Source of the DNA: Candidatus Latescibacterota bacterium
GTDB taxonomy: Bacteria; Latescibacterota; UBA2968; SICM01
Direction of reading: 5' to 3'
Length of the DNA stretch: 64,000 nt
Assembly (NCBI GenBank): GCA_965217865.1
Contig: CBDCJO010000002.1
Span: 32,001-96,000 of the forward strand
Shown here: one piece after another, positions 31,700-43,169 of the stretch
Numbering within the stretch: position 1 is the first letter of the stretch
Layout: each line of letters opens with the position of its first letter
Notes under the pieces: model-generated
Told to the model about the DNA's origin: nothing
The model's database searches: none
What the model saw: the letters and a program-made list of their open reading frames with translations, nothing else
Translations under genes and position numbers: made by a program

Positions 31700-31910
31700 C
31701 GCGCGGAACGGTGGGACGCAAGACAAGGCTGACGCCCGATCTCAAGGCCGGGATCGTCAGCAGCGTTCGGAAGGGCCTCTCGAACCAGGCCGCCTGCCGG
31801 GTGGTGGGAATCAGCGAGATGGCTTTTTACAACTGGCTCAAGCGCGGCGCGACGTCGAAGTGTGGGAAATTCATGCAGTTTGTGCAGTCCTTTAAAAGAG
31901 GGCGGGGCGG
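31700..31910 (+). pseudogene. Phage-type HTH fragment (small-terminase-like)
   Basis: GRKTRLTP...G.S.QAAC..VGISE..FYNWLKRG. Confidence 0.5.
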
Positions 31911-32583
31911 ATTTCAAGACCTCGAACCTCGCCGTCATCCAACGGGCCGCACTGGAATCGGGTCAAATCCATCGATGTCACCTATGCGTGGGCTCCGATC
32001 GAAACGGCAGTTCTCAGAGCGTCAGTCTGAAATGGTAGCCGTTGCTTCAGACAGCTTTTTTCGGAGAAGAATCGCGGCAATGCGATAAGAAGAGTGTAAT
32101 GTGAGAATAATTGGCGCCAACCTATGGGTGAATCTGCCCGTCCGGATATTCGCTTCTGGTTGTCGCTTGGCGTTCCAAAGCGAATTACTCCTCCGGCGTC
32201 AGGCGGGATTGTGTAGCGACGGATGACATGATTTTCCTCCATTAACAGAATAACCATGTTGTCATATCCTTGACCTCCGTACCCTGTATCCCTTTTCCCC
32301 TCACCTTGGATCGTAGATCGCCCCCAGGAAGAGGATGGTCCCACTCAGCCGTTCCCGGATTGAGAGCAGGAACGGCCGGTCCACCTTAATGCTGACCGCT
32401 CGCCTCGGCGATCTGACGAATCTGGTGGCGATCTCCAGCGGATGGGGCGCCCCAGGGACTCTCCCGACGCGCCATGTGTCCGGCCTGCCCAAATTTGGAC
32501 TGGTTCAAACGGTTATTCCTTGATATATTTGTCGATCGACTACAAAGAGGACTCCATCATGGCAGACGTATCGATCCGGGCTC

Positions 32584-32775
32584 ATGACCGTCCGGGACTT
32601 GGCAGGGCGCCTGAACGTCGAAGAGAAGAAGGTCTACCGGTTGGCCCAGCGGGTCGAGTTGCCGGACTTCGAGGCAGCCGGCGCATGGAGATTCAAACCC
32701 TCGGACCCTGACGGATGGATCGACCTGCAAGAAAGGGCTGGCGCAGGCCAAGCGGTTGAAGGAGACAAAGCATGA
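32584..32775 (+). CDS. Excisionase/MerR-like HTH protein leading the RM operon
   Basis: MTVRDLA..LNV.EK.VYRLAQ..ELP......WRF; overlaps the hsdM start. Confidence 0.75.
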   Translation: MTVRDLAGRLNVEEKKVYRLAQRVELPDFEAAGAWRFKPSDPDGWIDLQERAGAGQAVEGDKA

Positions 32776-34736
32776 GCAGCCTGAATATCGGCAACTTCAT
32801 CTGGAACATCGCTGACGATGTGCTGCGCGACGTCTATGTTCGGGGCAAGTATCGAGACGTCATTCTGCCGATGACGGTCATTCGGCGTCTGGATGCGGTG
32901 CTCGAGCCGACCAAAGAGGCCGTGCTCAAGATGAAAGGGCAACTCGACAGGGCCGGCGTCGCCAATCAGCACGCTGCGCTCTGCCAGGCGTCCGGCCAGG
33001 CCTTCTATAACACGTCCTCCTTCCGCCTGCGTGATCTCGCCTCCCGGGGCAAGCAACAGCAACTCAGAGCCGATTTCGAAGCTTTCCTGGACGGCTTCTC
33101 CCCGAACGTCCAGGAGGTCCTCGACAAGTTTCAGTTCCGTAATCAGATTCCCACCCTGATCGAAGCCGGCGCGCTTGGATTCCTGATCGAGAAGTTCATC
33201 GACAGCTCGATCAATCTGAGTCCGAAACCCGTCTTGCACCAGGATGGCTCCGTCCGCCTTCCCGGACTCGACAATCACTCCATGGGGACGATCTTCGAGG
33301 AACTGATCCGTCGCTTCAACGAAGAGAACAACGAGGAAGCCGGAGAGCATTTTACTCCGCGTGACGTCGTGGAGCTGATGTCCCGTCTGATCCTTGCGCC
33401 CATCGCAGACAAGATTCGGTCAGGCACCTATCTCGTCTATGACGGCGCCTGTGGCACCGGCGGGATGCTGACCGTCGCCGAAGAGACGCTCGTCAAGCTC
33501 GCCGCAGAGAACGGCAGGGAGGTGTCTGTTCACCTCTACGGACAGGAGGTAAACCCCGAGACCTTCGCCATCAGCAAGGCCGATCTCATCCTGAAGGGTG
33601 AGGGAGGCGAGGCCGAGAACATGAAGTTCGGCTCGACCCTGTCCGGAGATGCATTCCCGTCCCGGGAATTTGACTTCATGCTCTCAAATCCACCCTACGG
33701 CAAGTCCTGGAAGACTGATCTTGAGCGCATGGGTGGGAGGAAGGACATGCGCGACCGGCGCTTCGTCACCGGGCACGCCGGGGATCCGGAGTACTCGCTG
33801 ATCACCCGCTCCAGCGACGGCCAGATGCTGTTTCTGGCCAACATGCTGAGCAAGATGAAACACGGCACCAGGTTGGGCAGCCGCATCGCCGAGGTCCACA
33901 ACGGTTCGTCCCTGTTCACCGGCGACGCCGGCCAGGGCGAGAGCAACATCCGGCGCTGGATCATCGAGAACGACTGGTTGGAGGCCGTCGTCGCACTGCC
34001 GCTCAACATGTTCTACAACACGGGCATCGCAACCTATATCTGGGTACTCGGCAACCGCAAGCTGGAGCATCGCCGGGGCAAGGTCCAACTCATTGACGCC
34101 ACCAAGTGGTTCAAGCCGTTGCGCAGGAACCTCGGCAAGAAGAACTGCGAACTGTCGGGCGAGGACATCCGGCGCATCTGCGAAGCATTCCTGGCCTTCG
34201 AGGAGACTGAACAGTCGAAGATATTCCCCAACGCCGCTTTCGGCTACCGGAAGGTAACGGTCGATCGGCCGTTACGCCTTGAGGGGATCGACCCCGAGCG
34301 CGCCTGCCCTGCCAAAGAGATCAAGGCGCTCAAGGAGGAAGCCGGGCGTTCGGAGACCGCGCCTCCGGTCATCAAGAAGATTCTCAAGAAGGGCGCCGAG
34401 CCCGACCCCGTGCGCGGTCTGTTCGCAGCCACCGTCAAGGGCAAGCCCGTCGTCGTCGAGTACGAACCCGACACTGAGCTGCGTGACACCGAGCAAATCC
34501 CGCTGTTGGAGGAGGGCGGAATCGAGGCGTTCCTGCGCCGAGAAGTGCTGCCCTATGCGCCTGACGCATGGTTTGTGCCGGACAGCATCAAGACCGGCTA
34601 CGAGGTCAGCTTCACCCGATACTTCTACAAGCCCCAGCCACTGCGCAAGCTGGAAGAGATCCGGGCGGAAATTCTGGCGCTGGAGCAGGAGACGGAGGGG
34701 TTGCTCGAAAAGATTATTGGGACAATGGAAAGATGA
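32772..34736 (+). CDS. hsdM: Type I RM methyltransferase subunit
   Basis: GEHFTPRD, YDGACGTGGML, SNPPY, FYNTGI. Confidence 0.95.
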   Translation: MSSLNIGNFIWNIADDVLRDVYVRGKYRDVILPMTVIRRLDAVLEPTKEAVLKMKGQLDRAGVANQHAALCQASGQAFYNTSSFRLRDLASRGKQQQLRADFEAFLDGFSPNVQEVLDKFQFRNQIPTLIEAGALGFLIEKFIDSSINLSPKPVLHQDGSVRLPGLDNHSMGTIFEELIRRFNEENNEEAGEHFTPRDVVELMSRLILAPIADKIRSGTYLVYDGACGTGGMLTVAEETLVKLAAENGREVSVHLYGQEVNPETFAISKADLILKGEGGEAENMKFGSTLSGDAFPSREFDFMLSNPPYGKSWKTDLERMGGRKDMRDRRFVTGHAGDPEYSLITRSSDGQMLFLANMLSKMKHGTRLGSRIAEVHNGSSLFTGDAGQGESNIRRWIIENDWLEAVVALPLNMFYNTGIATYIWVLGNRKLEHRRGKVQLIDATKWFKPLRRNLGKKNCELSGEDIRRICEAFLAFEETEQSKIFPNAAFGYRKVTVDRPLRLEGIDPERACPAKEIKALKEEAGRSETAPPVIKKILKKGAEPDPVRGLFAATVKGKPVVVEYEPDTELRDTEQIPLLEEGGIEAFLRREVLPYAPDAWFVPDSIKTGYEVSFTRYFYKPQPLRKLEEIRAEILALEQETEGLLEKIIGTMER

Positions 34737-35542
34737 GCATGGTTCCTTCGTTCCCTGCAGGTCAGATCGAGTCGTTGGCAAAACTGCTCGGTGATTGCGG
34801 TACTGGACCGGATATCACTCGTATGCTGGCTCATTGCGGGCTGATTGATGGCTCGGGAGAATCCACCAAATGGCGGAGGCTCTATTGGGTATTCCTCGAT
34901 GTCCAGAACAGGGACAGGTGCGCCAACCAAACACTCAACTTCATTAAGGCTTTCTTTACGCCTGCCCGTTTCGTTGGCAGGAATGAGGAATTCGAACCGC
35001 ACCGTCAAGCACTGAACACAATCTTGGCATTCTCAGGGCTTGAGTACGGATCTGACGGGAAATTCCGGAAGCGCCGGGCTGCACAGACGCTGAGTGAGGC
35101 AGAGCGGCGAGCAGACACGATCCAGGCAAAGTTTCAGGGGCGGCGCATCCATCCGGAAGTAATGAAGTACTGTCGCGCTGAACTTATGCAGGACGACTAC
35201 TTCCATGCTGTCTTCGAGGCGACCAAAGGGCTGGCGCAACGGATTCGCGAGATGTCGGGAGTTGATGGGGACGGAGCGACCCTTGTGGATCGGGTCTTCT
35301 CTACCAGCCGGCCAGTGCTGGCGTTCAACCCGTTGCAAACCGAGACGGAAAAGAGTGAACACCGGGGATTTGCCGAGCTGCTGAAGGGTTGCCTTGCGGC
35401 CGTCAGGAACCCTCGCGCGCACGAACCGAAGATACTCTGGAAGGGTGAAGATGATGCAGCGGACTACTTCACTCTGATTTCACTCCTCCATCGGAAGCTG
35501 GATGATTACGTGACGACCGGGTTGAGAGCATTCCGTGATTAG
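34733..35542 (+). CDS. TIGR02391-family protein
   Basis: TKWRRLY, YFHAVFEATK, RNPRAHEP; ATGA overlap with hsdM. Confidence 0.85.
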   Translation: MSMVPSFPAGQIESLAKLLGDCGTGPDITRMLAHCGLIDGSGESTKWRRLYWVFLDVQNRDRCANQTLNFIKAFFTPARFVGRNEEFEPHRQALNTILAFSGLEYGSDGKFRKRRAAQTLSEAERRADTIQAKFQGRRIHPEVMKYCRAELMQDDYFHAVFEATKGLAQRIREMSGVDGDGATLVDRVFSTSRPVLAFNPLQTETEKSEHRGFAELLKGCLAAVRNPRAHEPKILWKGEDDAADYFTLISLLHRKLDDYVTTGLRAFRD

Positions 35543-36956
35543 AGACCTCCACTCCTACCCCTCCTATAAGCCCTCCGGCGTCGAGTGGCTCGGCGACGTG
35601 CCAGAGCATTGGGAGGTGAGGCGACTTCTAACTGTTGCCGAAATGAGGGTCAGTAACGTGGATAAGCATACCAAGGAGGATGAATTACCAGTCCGACTCT
35701 GCAATTATGTCGATGTTTACAAGAACGACCGTATCACTCAGGGGATGGCCTTCATGAACGCAACGGCCTCGCGAGAGGAGGTTGAGAGGTTCCGCCTACA
35801 GCGAGATGATGTCCTCATAACTAAGGACTCCGAGTCCTGGGACGACATCGGGGTTCCGGCTCTTGTGACGGAGCCAGCCGATGATCTTCTCTCCGGTTAT
35901 CATTTGGCCTTACTGCGGCCTCTCAGACAGGTGCTAGGGGCTTATCTGGCCCGGACTTTACAAAGCAGGGGAGTTGCGTATCAGTTTCACGTAGAAGCGA
36001 AGGGTGTAACGCGATACGGCCTTACTCACGCTGGCATCCAATCGGTATACATTCCCCTCCCCCCCCTCCCCGAGCAAGCCACCATCGTCCGCTATCTCGA
36101 CCACACCGACGAACGCATCAGGCGCTACATCCGCGCCAAGCAGAAGCTGATCAAGTTGCTTGAGGAGCAGAAGCAGGCCGTCATCCACCGCGCCGTCACC
36201 AGCGGCATGGACTCCGACGTTCCCCTCAAGCCCTCCGGCGTCGAGTGGCTCGGCGACGTGCCAGAGCATTGGGAGGTGGCTCGCCTTAAAGGGTATGTAG
36301 CAAATATTGTTGACCAAGCTAGCGAGCGTGGGGCTGATGAAATTTACATTGCTCTCGAACACGTCGAGAGTTGGACTGGCAGGTTTCGTGAAGCCGGACA
36401 GGACGTTGGTTTTGATGGTAACGTAAAACGATTCCGGGCCGGAGATGTACTTTTCGGCAAGCTACGGCCCTACTTGGCAAAGGCCACACGACCTGATCGC
36501 AAAGGGGTTTGCGTCGGGGAGTTTCTAGTGTTACGCCCCCGTGATGGTGACCTGATGTCAAACTATCTGAAATACCTTCTTCGATCAAAACCGATTGTCG
36601 ATGCAATCAGCGCTTCGACTTTTGGTGCCAAGATGCCCCGTGCTGATTGGCAGTTTGTTGGTGGTATGAAACAATCCCTCCCACCCCTCCCCGAGCAAGC
36701 CGCCATCGTCCGCTATCTCGACAAGGCCACCGCCGCCATCGACACCGCCGTTGACCGCGCCTACCGCCAAATCGAGCTGTTGCGCGAATACCGCACCCGC
36801 CTGATCGCCGACATCGTGACCGGCAAGCTCGACGTGCGTGATGTTGAGATTCCAGCGCCTGGGGAAGAGCCCGCATTCGACGGAACCGACGATTTGGAAG
36901 GGGAGACGGAGCCAGACGAGGCCGAGGTGATGGAGGAGGCCTATCGTGACGACTGA
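35535..36956 (+). CDS. hsdS: Type I RM specificity subunit
   Basis: Two TRDs, each preceded by KPSGVEWLGDVPEHWEV and followed by LPPLPEQ. Confidence 0.95.
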   Translation: MIRDLHSYPSYKPSGVEWLGDVPEHWEVRRLLTVAEMRVSNVDKHTKEDELPVRLCNYVDVYKNDRITQGMAFMNATASREEVERFRLQRDDVLITKDSESWDDIGVPALVTEPADDLLSGYHLALLRPLRQVLGAYLARTLQSRGVAYQFHVEAKGVTRYGLTHAGIQSVYIPLPPLPEQATIVRYLDHTDERIRRYIRAKQKLIKLLEEQKQAVIHRAVTSGMDSDVPLKPSGVEWLGDVPEHWEVARLKGYVANIVDQASERGADEIYIALEHVESWTGRFREAGQDVGFDGNVKRFRAGDVLFGKLRPYLAKATRPDRKGVCVGEFLVLRPRDGDLMSNYLKYLLRSKPIVDAISASTFGAKMPRADWQFVGGMKQSLPPLPEQAAIVRYLDKATAAIDTAVDRAYRQIELLREYRTRLIADIVTGKLDVRDVEIPAPGEEPAFDGTDDLEGETEPDEAEVMEEAYRDD

Positions 36957-39909
36957 TACCAGCGAGAAAGGCCTGGAATCGCTCATCGTCCGCTCGCTGA
37001 TCGACGAGGCCGGCTATGCCGCCGGGGACCCGAGGGACTATGACCGCGACCATGCCGTCGACCTGGCCAAGCTTCTCGTCTTCCTGATCGCCACGCAACC
37101 AGAGACCGTCGAGACGCTCGGCATCGGCACGGATGGCCCGCAGCGCGTCAAGTTCCTTCACCGTCTTCAGGGCGATATCGCCAAGCGCGGCGTCATCGAC
37201 GTACTGCGCAACGGCGTGAAGCACGGTCCGTGTTCTGTCGAGTTATTCTTTGGCACGCCGTCTCCCGGCAACGCCAAGGCGGAGGAGCTGTTCGCCGCGA
37301 ACGTCTTCAGCGTCACGCGCCAGCTGCACTACTCGAAGGACGAAACCAGGCTGTCGCTCGACGTGGCGCTCTTCGTCAACGGCCTGCCGGTCGCTACGTT
37401 CGAGCTCAAGAACAGCCTGACGAAGCAGACCGTCGAGGACGCCATCGAGCAGTACAAGCGCGACCGCGACCCGAGGGAGCTGCTTTTCCGGTTCGGCCGC
37501 TGCGCCGTCCATTTCGCGGTGGACGATCACGAGGTGCGGATGTGCACCCACCTCAAAGGCGAGGGATCGTGGTTCCTGCCCTTCAACCAGGGTTGGAACG
37601 ACGGTGGGGGCAATCCGCCGAATCCCGCCGGCCTCAAGACCGGCTACTTCTGGAAGGAGGTTCTGACCAGGCGGAACCTGACGGACATCTTCGAAAACTA
37701 CGCCCAGGTGGTCGAGGAGAGGGACGACAAAGGCCGGAAGAAGGCCCCGAAGCAGATCTTCCCTCGTTTCCACCAACTCGACGTGGTTCGCAAGCTGCTG
37801 GCGGACGTGAAGGCTTCCGGCGCAGGCAAGCGCTACCTGATCCAACATTCGGCGGGATCGGGCAAGAGCAACTCCATTGCCTGGCTCGCCCACCAGATGA
37901 TCGGTCTGGAAACAGGCGGTACGCCGACGTTCGACTCCGTCATCGTCGTCACCGACCGGCTGGTGCTCGACAGGCAGATCCGCGACACGATCAGGCAGTT
38001 CGCCCAGGTGTCATCCGTCGTCGGCCATGCGGAGCGGTCCGGCGACCTGAGGGCCTTTCTCAAGGCGGGGAAGAAGATCACGATCACCACCGTCCAGAAA
38101 TTTCCCTTCGTCCTCGACGAGATCGGCGATGAACACCGAGGCCGCAGGTTCGCCATCATCATCGACGAAGCCCATTCGAGCCAGGGCGGCCGGACGTCCG
38201 CCGCGGTCTCCATGGCCCTGGGGACGGCCGGTGCCGGGGACGAAGACGAGACGACCGAGGACAAGATCAACCGGCTGATGGAGTCCAAAAGACTGTTGCC
38301 CAACGCCAGCTACTTCGCGTTTACCGCGACGCCGAAGAACAAGACGCTGGAGATTTTCGGAGAGCCCGTACCCAGGGGCGGGCGGGTCGGGCACGTTCCA
38401 TTCCACAGCTACACGATGAAGCAGGCGATACAGGAGGGCTTCATCCTGGATGTGCTGGAGCACTACACCCCGGTGGACAGCTACTGCCGGCTCATGAAGA
38501 CGGTGGAGGACGATCCTCTGTTTGACGCCAGACGGGCGCAGAGGAAGCTTCGAAGATATATCGAATCGCACGAGCACGCCATCCGCCAGAAGGCGGAGAT
38601 CATGGTCGATCACTTTCACGATCAGGTCGTTGCGCGCCGGAAGATCGGCGGCCAGGCCCGGGCCATGGTGGTGACCGACGGTATCCAACGGGCGATCCGT
38701 TATTTTCACTCCTTCGAGGAGTATCTGGAGGAACGCAAGAGCCCCTACCGGGCAGTGGTCGCCTTCTCGGGCGAGCACGAATACGGCGGACGGAGGGTCA
38801 CCGAGGCGTCGCTCAATGGATTTCCGTCTGGCAAGATTGCCGACAGGATACGGGAAGACCCTTACCGGTTTCTGGTTTGCGCCGACAAGTTCCAGACCGG
38901 CTACGACGAGCCGCTCTTGCACACCATGTACGTGGACAAGGTGCTCTCGGGCATCAAGGCGGTTCAGACGATCTCACGATTGAACCGTGCGCGTCCGCAG
39001 AAGCACGACACTTTCGTGCTGGACTTCATGAACGATGCCGGGGGCATCGGAGCGTCGTTCGAACCTTACTATCGAACCACGATTCTCAGCGAAGAAACCG
39101 ATCCGGACAAGCTGCACGACCTGAAGGCCGGCCTCGATGGTTATCAGGTCTACAACCGGGACCAGGTGGAAGAACTCGTCGCTCTTTACTTGAGCGGGGC
39201 TGACCGCGACAGGATCGATCCGGTCCTGGATGGCTGTGTGGCGATCTACAGATCCGATCTGGATGAGGACGGCCAAGTCGATTTCAAGGGCAAAACGAAG
39301 GCGTTCACACGGACTTACGGGTTCCTCTCGTCGATCCTGCCTTACACAAACGCGGAATGGGAGAAGCTGTCCATATTTCTAACCTTCCTGACGCCCAGGC
39401 TGCCGGCACCGGAGGAGCAGGACCTGTCAAAGGGCATTCTCGAGGCGATCGACATGGACAGCTACCGGGTCGAGGTACGGGCGAGGATGGCGATCACCCT
39501 GCCCGACGCGGACGCTGAGATTGGTCCGGTGCCGACGAGCGGCGGCGGCCGGAAACCAGAGCCGGAGGTCGATTACCTGAGCAACATTCTCAAGACGTTC
39601 AACGAGCTGTTCGGCAACATCGAGTGGAAGGATGCCGACAAGATCGGCAAAGTCATTACCGAGGAACTGCCGGACATGGTCGCTGCCGACAAACCCTATC
39701 AGAACGCGATGAGGAACTCCGACCGGCAGAACGCCCGGATTGAACACGACAAGGCACTCGAACGGGCTGTGATTGAATTGCTTTCCGACCACACTGAACT
39801 CTTCAAGCAGTTCAGTGACAACTCTTCATTCCGGAAATGGCTGTTGGAGACCATCTTTACAGTCACCTACCATCAAGGGGGCGAAGGTGGGAACCTGTCA
39901 GTCCCGTAG
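36946..39909 (+). CDS. hsdR: Type I RM restriction subunit
   Basis: NGLPVATFELKN, QHSAGSGKS, IIDEAH, FTATP, QTGYD. Confidence 0.95.
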   Translation: MTTDTSEKGLESLIVRSLIDEAGYAAGDPRDYDRDHAVDLAKLLVFLIATQPETVETLGIGTDGPQRVKFLHRLQGDIAKRGVIDVLRNGVKHGPCSVELFFGTPSPGNAKAEELFAANVFSVTRQLHYSKDETRLSLDVALFVNGLPVATFELKNSLTKQTVEDAIEQYKRDRDPRELLFRFGRCAVHFAVDDHEVRMCTHLKGEGSWFLPFNQGWNDGGGNPPNPAGLKTGYFWKEVLTRRNLTDIFENYAQVVEERDDKGRKKAPKQIFPRFHQLDVVRKLLADVKASGAGKRYLIQHSAGSGKSNSIAWLAHQMIGLETGGTPTFDSVIVVTDRLVLDRQIRDTIRQFAQVSSVVGHAERSGDLRAFLKAGKKITITTVQKFPFVLDEIGDEHRGRRFAIIIDEAHSSQGGRTSAAVSMALGTAGAGDEDETTEDKINRLMESKRLLPNASYFAFTATPKNKTLEIFGEPVPRGGRVGHVPFHSYTMKQAIQEGFILDVLEHYTPVDSYCRLMKTVEDDPLFDARRAQRKLRRYIESHEHAIRQKAEIMVDHFHDQVVARRKIGGQARAMVVTDGIQRAIRYFHSFEEYLEERKSPYRAVVAFSGEHEYGGRRVTEASLNGFPSGKIADRIREDPYRFLVCADKFQTGYDEPLLHTMYVDKVLSGIKAVQTISRLNRARPQKHDTFVLDFMNDAGGIGASFEPYYRTTILSEETDPDKLHDLKAGLDGYQVYNRDQVEELVALYLSGADRDRIDPVLDGCVAIYRSDLDEDGQVDFKGKTKAFTRTYGFLSSILPYTNAEWEKLSIFLTFLTPRLPAPEEQDLSKGILEAIDMDSYRVEVRARMAITLPDADAEIGPVPTSGGGRKPEPEVDYLSNILKTFNELFGNIEWKDADKIGKVITEELPDMVAADKPYQNAMRNSDRQNARIEHDKALERAVIELLSDHTELFKQFSDNSSFRKWLLETIFTVTYHQGGEGGNLSVP

Positions 39910-40337
39910 AAGCGATGACTGCTGTTCAGGCAGGTATGACTCTTAAAAAGCTTTTCAGAAGTCTGACTGCTCGGGACGTTGCTCACGGTGCTGATGATAT
40001 TGAATATACTTTCTGATCACCTCTGCGGCCACCTCATCACTAACGGTGCGAACAAAATACCCATCTTCCCAAACTCACCACCCCACAGGTGTCTTTTAAC
40101 CTCTCAGATCGATTCGGAGGAGACGGTGTCATCCCACACCGTCAAGCGGTTCTTCAGACTGTTCCCCTTTCCGACAGGACGTTCCCCACATGCGTGTGCC
40201 GGATAAGGACCGATCAATGACCGGGAACAGGAAGTACAAGGTAAAAGGCCGACCCTATCACTCGGAGCCGAACCACCAAGGCACTCCGGCCAGGGAGCTA
40301 TGATCAGATTCGAGAATTTATTCGGGGAGATAGTGGC

Positions 40338-40693
40338 ATGACGCAGGATGCCATTACCCTGGTCGTGGATAACCTGAATACGCACCAGAAAGCTGCGTTG
40401 TACGAAGTCTTTCCGCCAGAGGAAGCCAAACGGATTGCAGACAAGATTGACATGCATTTCACACCCAAGCGCGGCAGTTGGCTCAACATCGCCGAAATCG
40501 GCCTGAACGTCCTCTACCGTCAGTGTCTGGATCGACGTATCTCTACCATCCAACAACTCGGCAAGGAAGTGAAAGCTTGGCTCACAGAGCGGGATCAGAA
40601 TCCACCCATCGTCAACTGGCGCTTCAACACCAAAGATGCACGCATCAAGCTGAAGCGCCTCTATCCCGCATTCCTACCTGGGTGAACCACTAG
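40338..40693 (+). mobile_element. IS630-family transposase C-terminal part and right end
   Basis: LVVDNLNTH, HFTPK.GSWLNIAE, ARIKLKRLYP; ends ACCACTAG. Confidence 0.9.
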
Positions 40694-40709
40694 CCTTCAG
40701 GGATGCCTG

Positions 40710-43169
40710 ATGAGATCACGAACACCCGCAAGTGTGGTCGTCCTCTGCATCGCGTGCATCGTAGTTGGCGTGTCCGCTGCGGAGCAACCAGGACAGATCA
40801 CGGGCGTCGTCGTCGACGTGACGGACGGCGTGCTGCCCGGCGCGTCGGTCAGGCTGGGCGGCGCTCCGAGTGGCCCGCAGCAGGTGCAGACGGATGCGCG
40901 GGGCCGGTTTGCGTTCACCGGCCTCTCCCCAGGCGTCTACAGGGTGTCCGTCTACCTGAACGGGTTCGGCGAGGCGGCCGTGAACGACGTCGCGGTTGCG
41001 GGCGATCCGGTGGCGCTTCTTCCCATCACGTTGCGGCGGGCCGCGTTCGACGACGTCGCGGTCGTCACTGCGACCCGGGTCGAGGAGCCGCTGCAGCAGG
41101 TGCCGATGAGCATCTCCGCGGTGACCGGCGCGGACATCGAGCGTCGGGTGATCGGGAACCTGACGGAGCTGTCGCGCTGGACGCCCGGCTTGACCGTGGT
41201 CGATCAGGGCGCACGCGGCAGCAACGTCATCATCGCGCGCGGCCTGCACACGGATGCGCTGAACGGATCGGAGGCGGCCGGCAACAACTACAATAACGGC
41301 GTTGCCACCTACCTCGGCGACATTCCGCTCGCCGTCGACCTCCGGCTGCACGACATCGAACGCGTCGAGGTGCTGCTCGGACCGCAGGGGACGCTGTACG
41401 GCGCCGGCACGCTGGCCGGAGCGGTGCGCTACCTGCCTCGTCGCCCGGACACCGAACGCCGCACGCTGGACGTCCGCGGCGACCTGTTCGGCCTGGCACA
41501 CGGCGGCGCCCCCGGAACCGACGCCGGCCTGACCTTCAATCTGCCGCTCGTCACGCGGAAGCTGGCGCTGCGCGGCTCCGTCGATCGCTACGGCGCCCCT
41601 GGGTTCATCGACTACAACTACCTGTTGCGCACGCCGGGCGTCTCCGAGCCGGACCTGACCGATCCCGAGGCGGTGGAGGCGAACCTCCGCCGGGAGCCCG
41701 ACGCGAACACCGAGGAGACGCTCTCCGCGCGGCTCTCCCTGCTCTGGGAGCCGGCGTCGGACCTCTCGGCCCTCGTCGCGTACCACTTGCAGGACCAGTG
41801 GGTCGGGGCGCGGCAGATCAACCACGTGCGGTCTTTCGGCACGGATCGCTACGTCTCCGCGCACCGCTTCCTCGAGCCCAACGACCGGAAGAACGAGCTG
41901 TTGAGCCTGGAGGTGACCTGGGCGCTGGGTAGCACGGAACTGACGTCCGAGACCGGCTACTCCCGCTTCGCGGAGCGCGGCCAGCGCGACCAGACCGACC
42001 TCCTCATCCAGGAGTTCGGCATCGCGGGACTGCTGCCCGGCACGTTCCCGGCGCTCGCGCGGGCGCAGGCGATCGATTCGGGCGTCACCGCCACCGACCT
42101 GACGTCCGGGTTCCGCTCGTTCGCCGCCTATACGCGGGAAGACGCGCGGGAGGAGCGCTTCAACTGGGAGGTGCGGCTGGTCTCGACCGGCGACGGGCCG
42201 TGGCACTGGGTCGGCGGTGCGTTCTTCAACAACTACGACAGCCGCGCGACGAGCTTCGAGTACGCGCCCGGGCTGTCGGAGTTCTCCGGTGTTACGCCGG
42301 TCCTGGGTGGGAGCCCGGTGTCCGAGCCGGTCGAGTACTACAACCTCGGGGTGCAGGACGTTGAAGAGCGTGCCCTGTTCGGCAAGGTCACGCGCGACCT
42401 CGGCGACCGGTGGCGCGTGACGGGCGGCGGCCGCTGGTTCGGCTACGGCATCGCGACCGGCAGCCTCAGCGAGTTCCCGTACACGCCGATGTACAACTCG
42501 CCCTTCAGCGATTTCGAGTCCGACGACCGCGGCTTTCTGTTCAAGGGGAGCGTCAGCTACCGGCTCGACGACCAGACGAACGCGTACTTCACCCGGTCGG
42601 AGGGGTACCGCATCGGCGGCGGCAACAACTTCCGGGTCTGCACCGACGCGGAGATCGCGCTGCTCACGGACGCTGATGACAGCAACGACCCGCCGCAGTC
42701 GGGTTGCATCTACGCCGAGCAGGCGCTCATCCGGCCGGACAAGACGACCAACTACGAGGTGGGGCTACGCCACTCATGGCGCGACGAACGGTTCACCCTC
42801 AGCGCGACCGTGTTCCACGTCGACTGGACCGACATCCAGGTGGCGGGGCTTACCCCGTTCAGTGCGGAGCCGATCACGCTGAACGGCGGCGGGGCGGTGA
42901 GCCGCGGTGTCGAGGTGGCGTCGGCGGCCAGCGTGACGAACGCGTTGCGCCTTCGCGGGTCGTGGTCGTATACGCGGGCGGATCTCAGTCAGGACTCGCC
43001 CGGCCTGCTCGACGACGGCGCCGACGCCTTCGAGGGCGACCGGCTTCCGGGCGCGCCGCGCCACCAGGGGAGCCTGCTCGCCTCCTGCGCCACGCTGCTC
43101 GGCCGCGACGTCGCCTTCGAGGTGCAGTACGGCTACAGCTATGTCGGCGACGTGCTAGTCTCCTGGTAA
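40710..43169 (+). pseudogene. TonB-dependent receptor, C-terminally truncated
   Basis: Signal peptide, VVTATR, RVEVLLGPQGTLYGAG plug motif; lacks the final strands and terminal aromatic residue. Confidence 0.85.

Noticed and set aside
35568-36278. Identical repeats of about 50 bp inside hsdS
   Set aside because: Ordinary conserved regions flanking the two TRDs; direct orientation and no invertase, so no evidence of a shufflon
42704-43158. 5' half of ORF 42704..43912 as a real N-terminus
   Set aside because: It is an alternative frame of the GC-rich TonB gene; only the part after about 43159 is ligase-like
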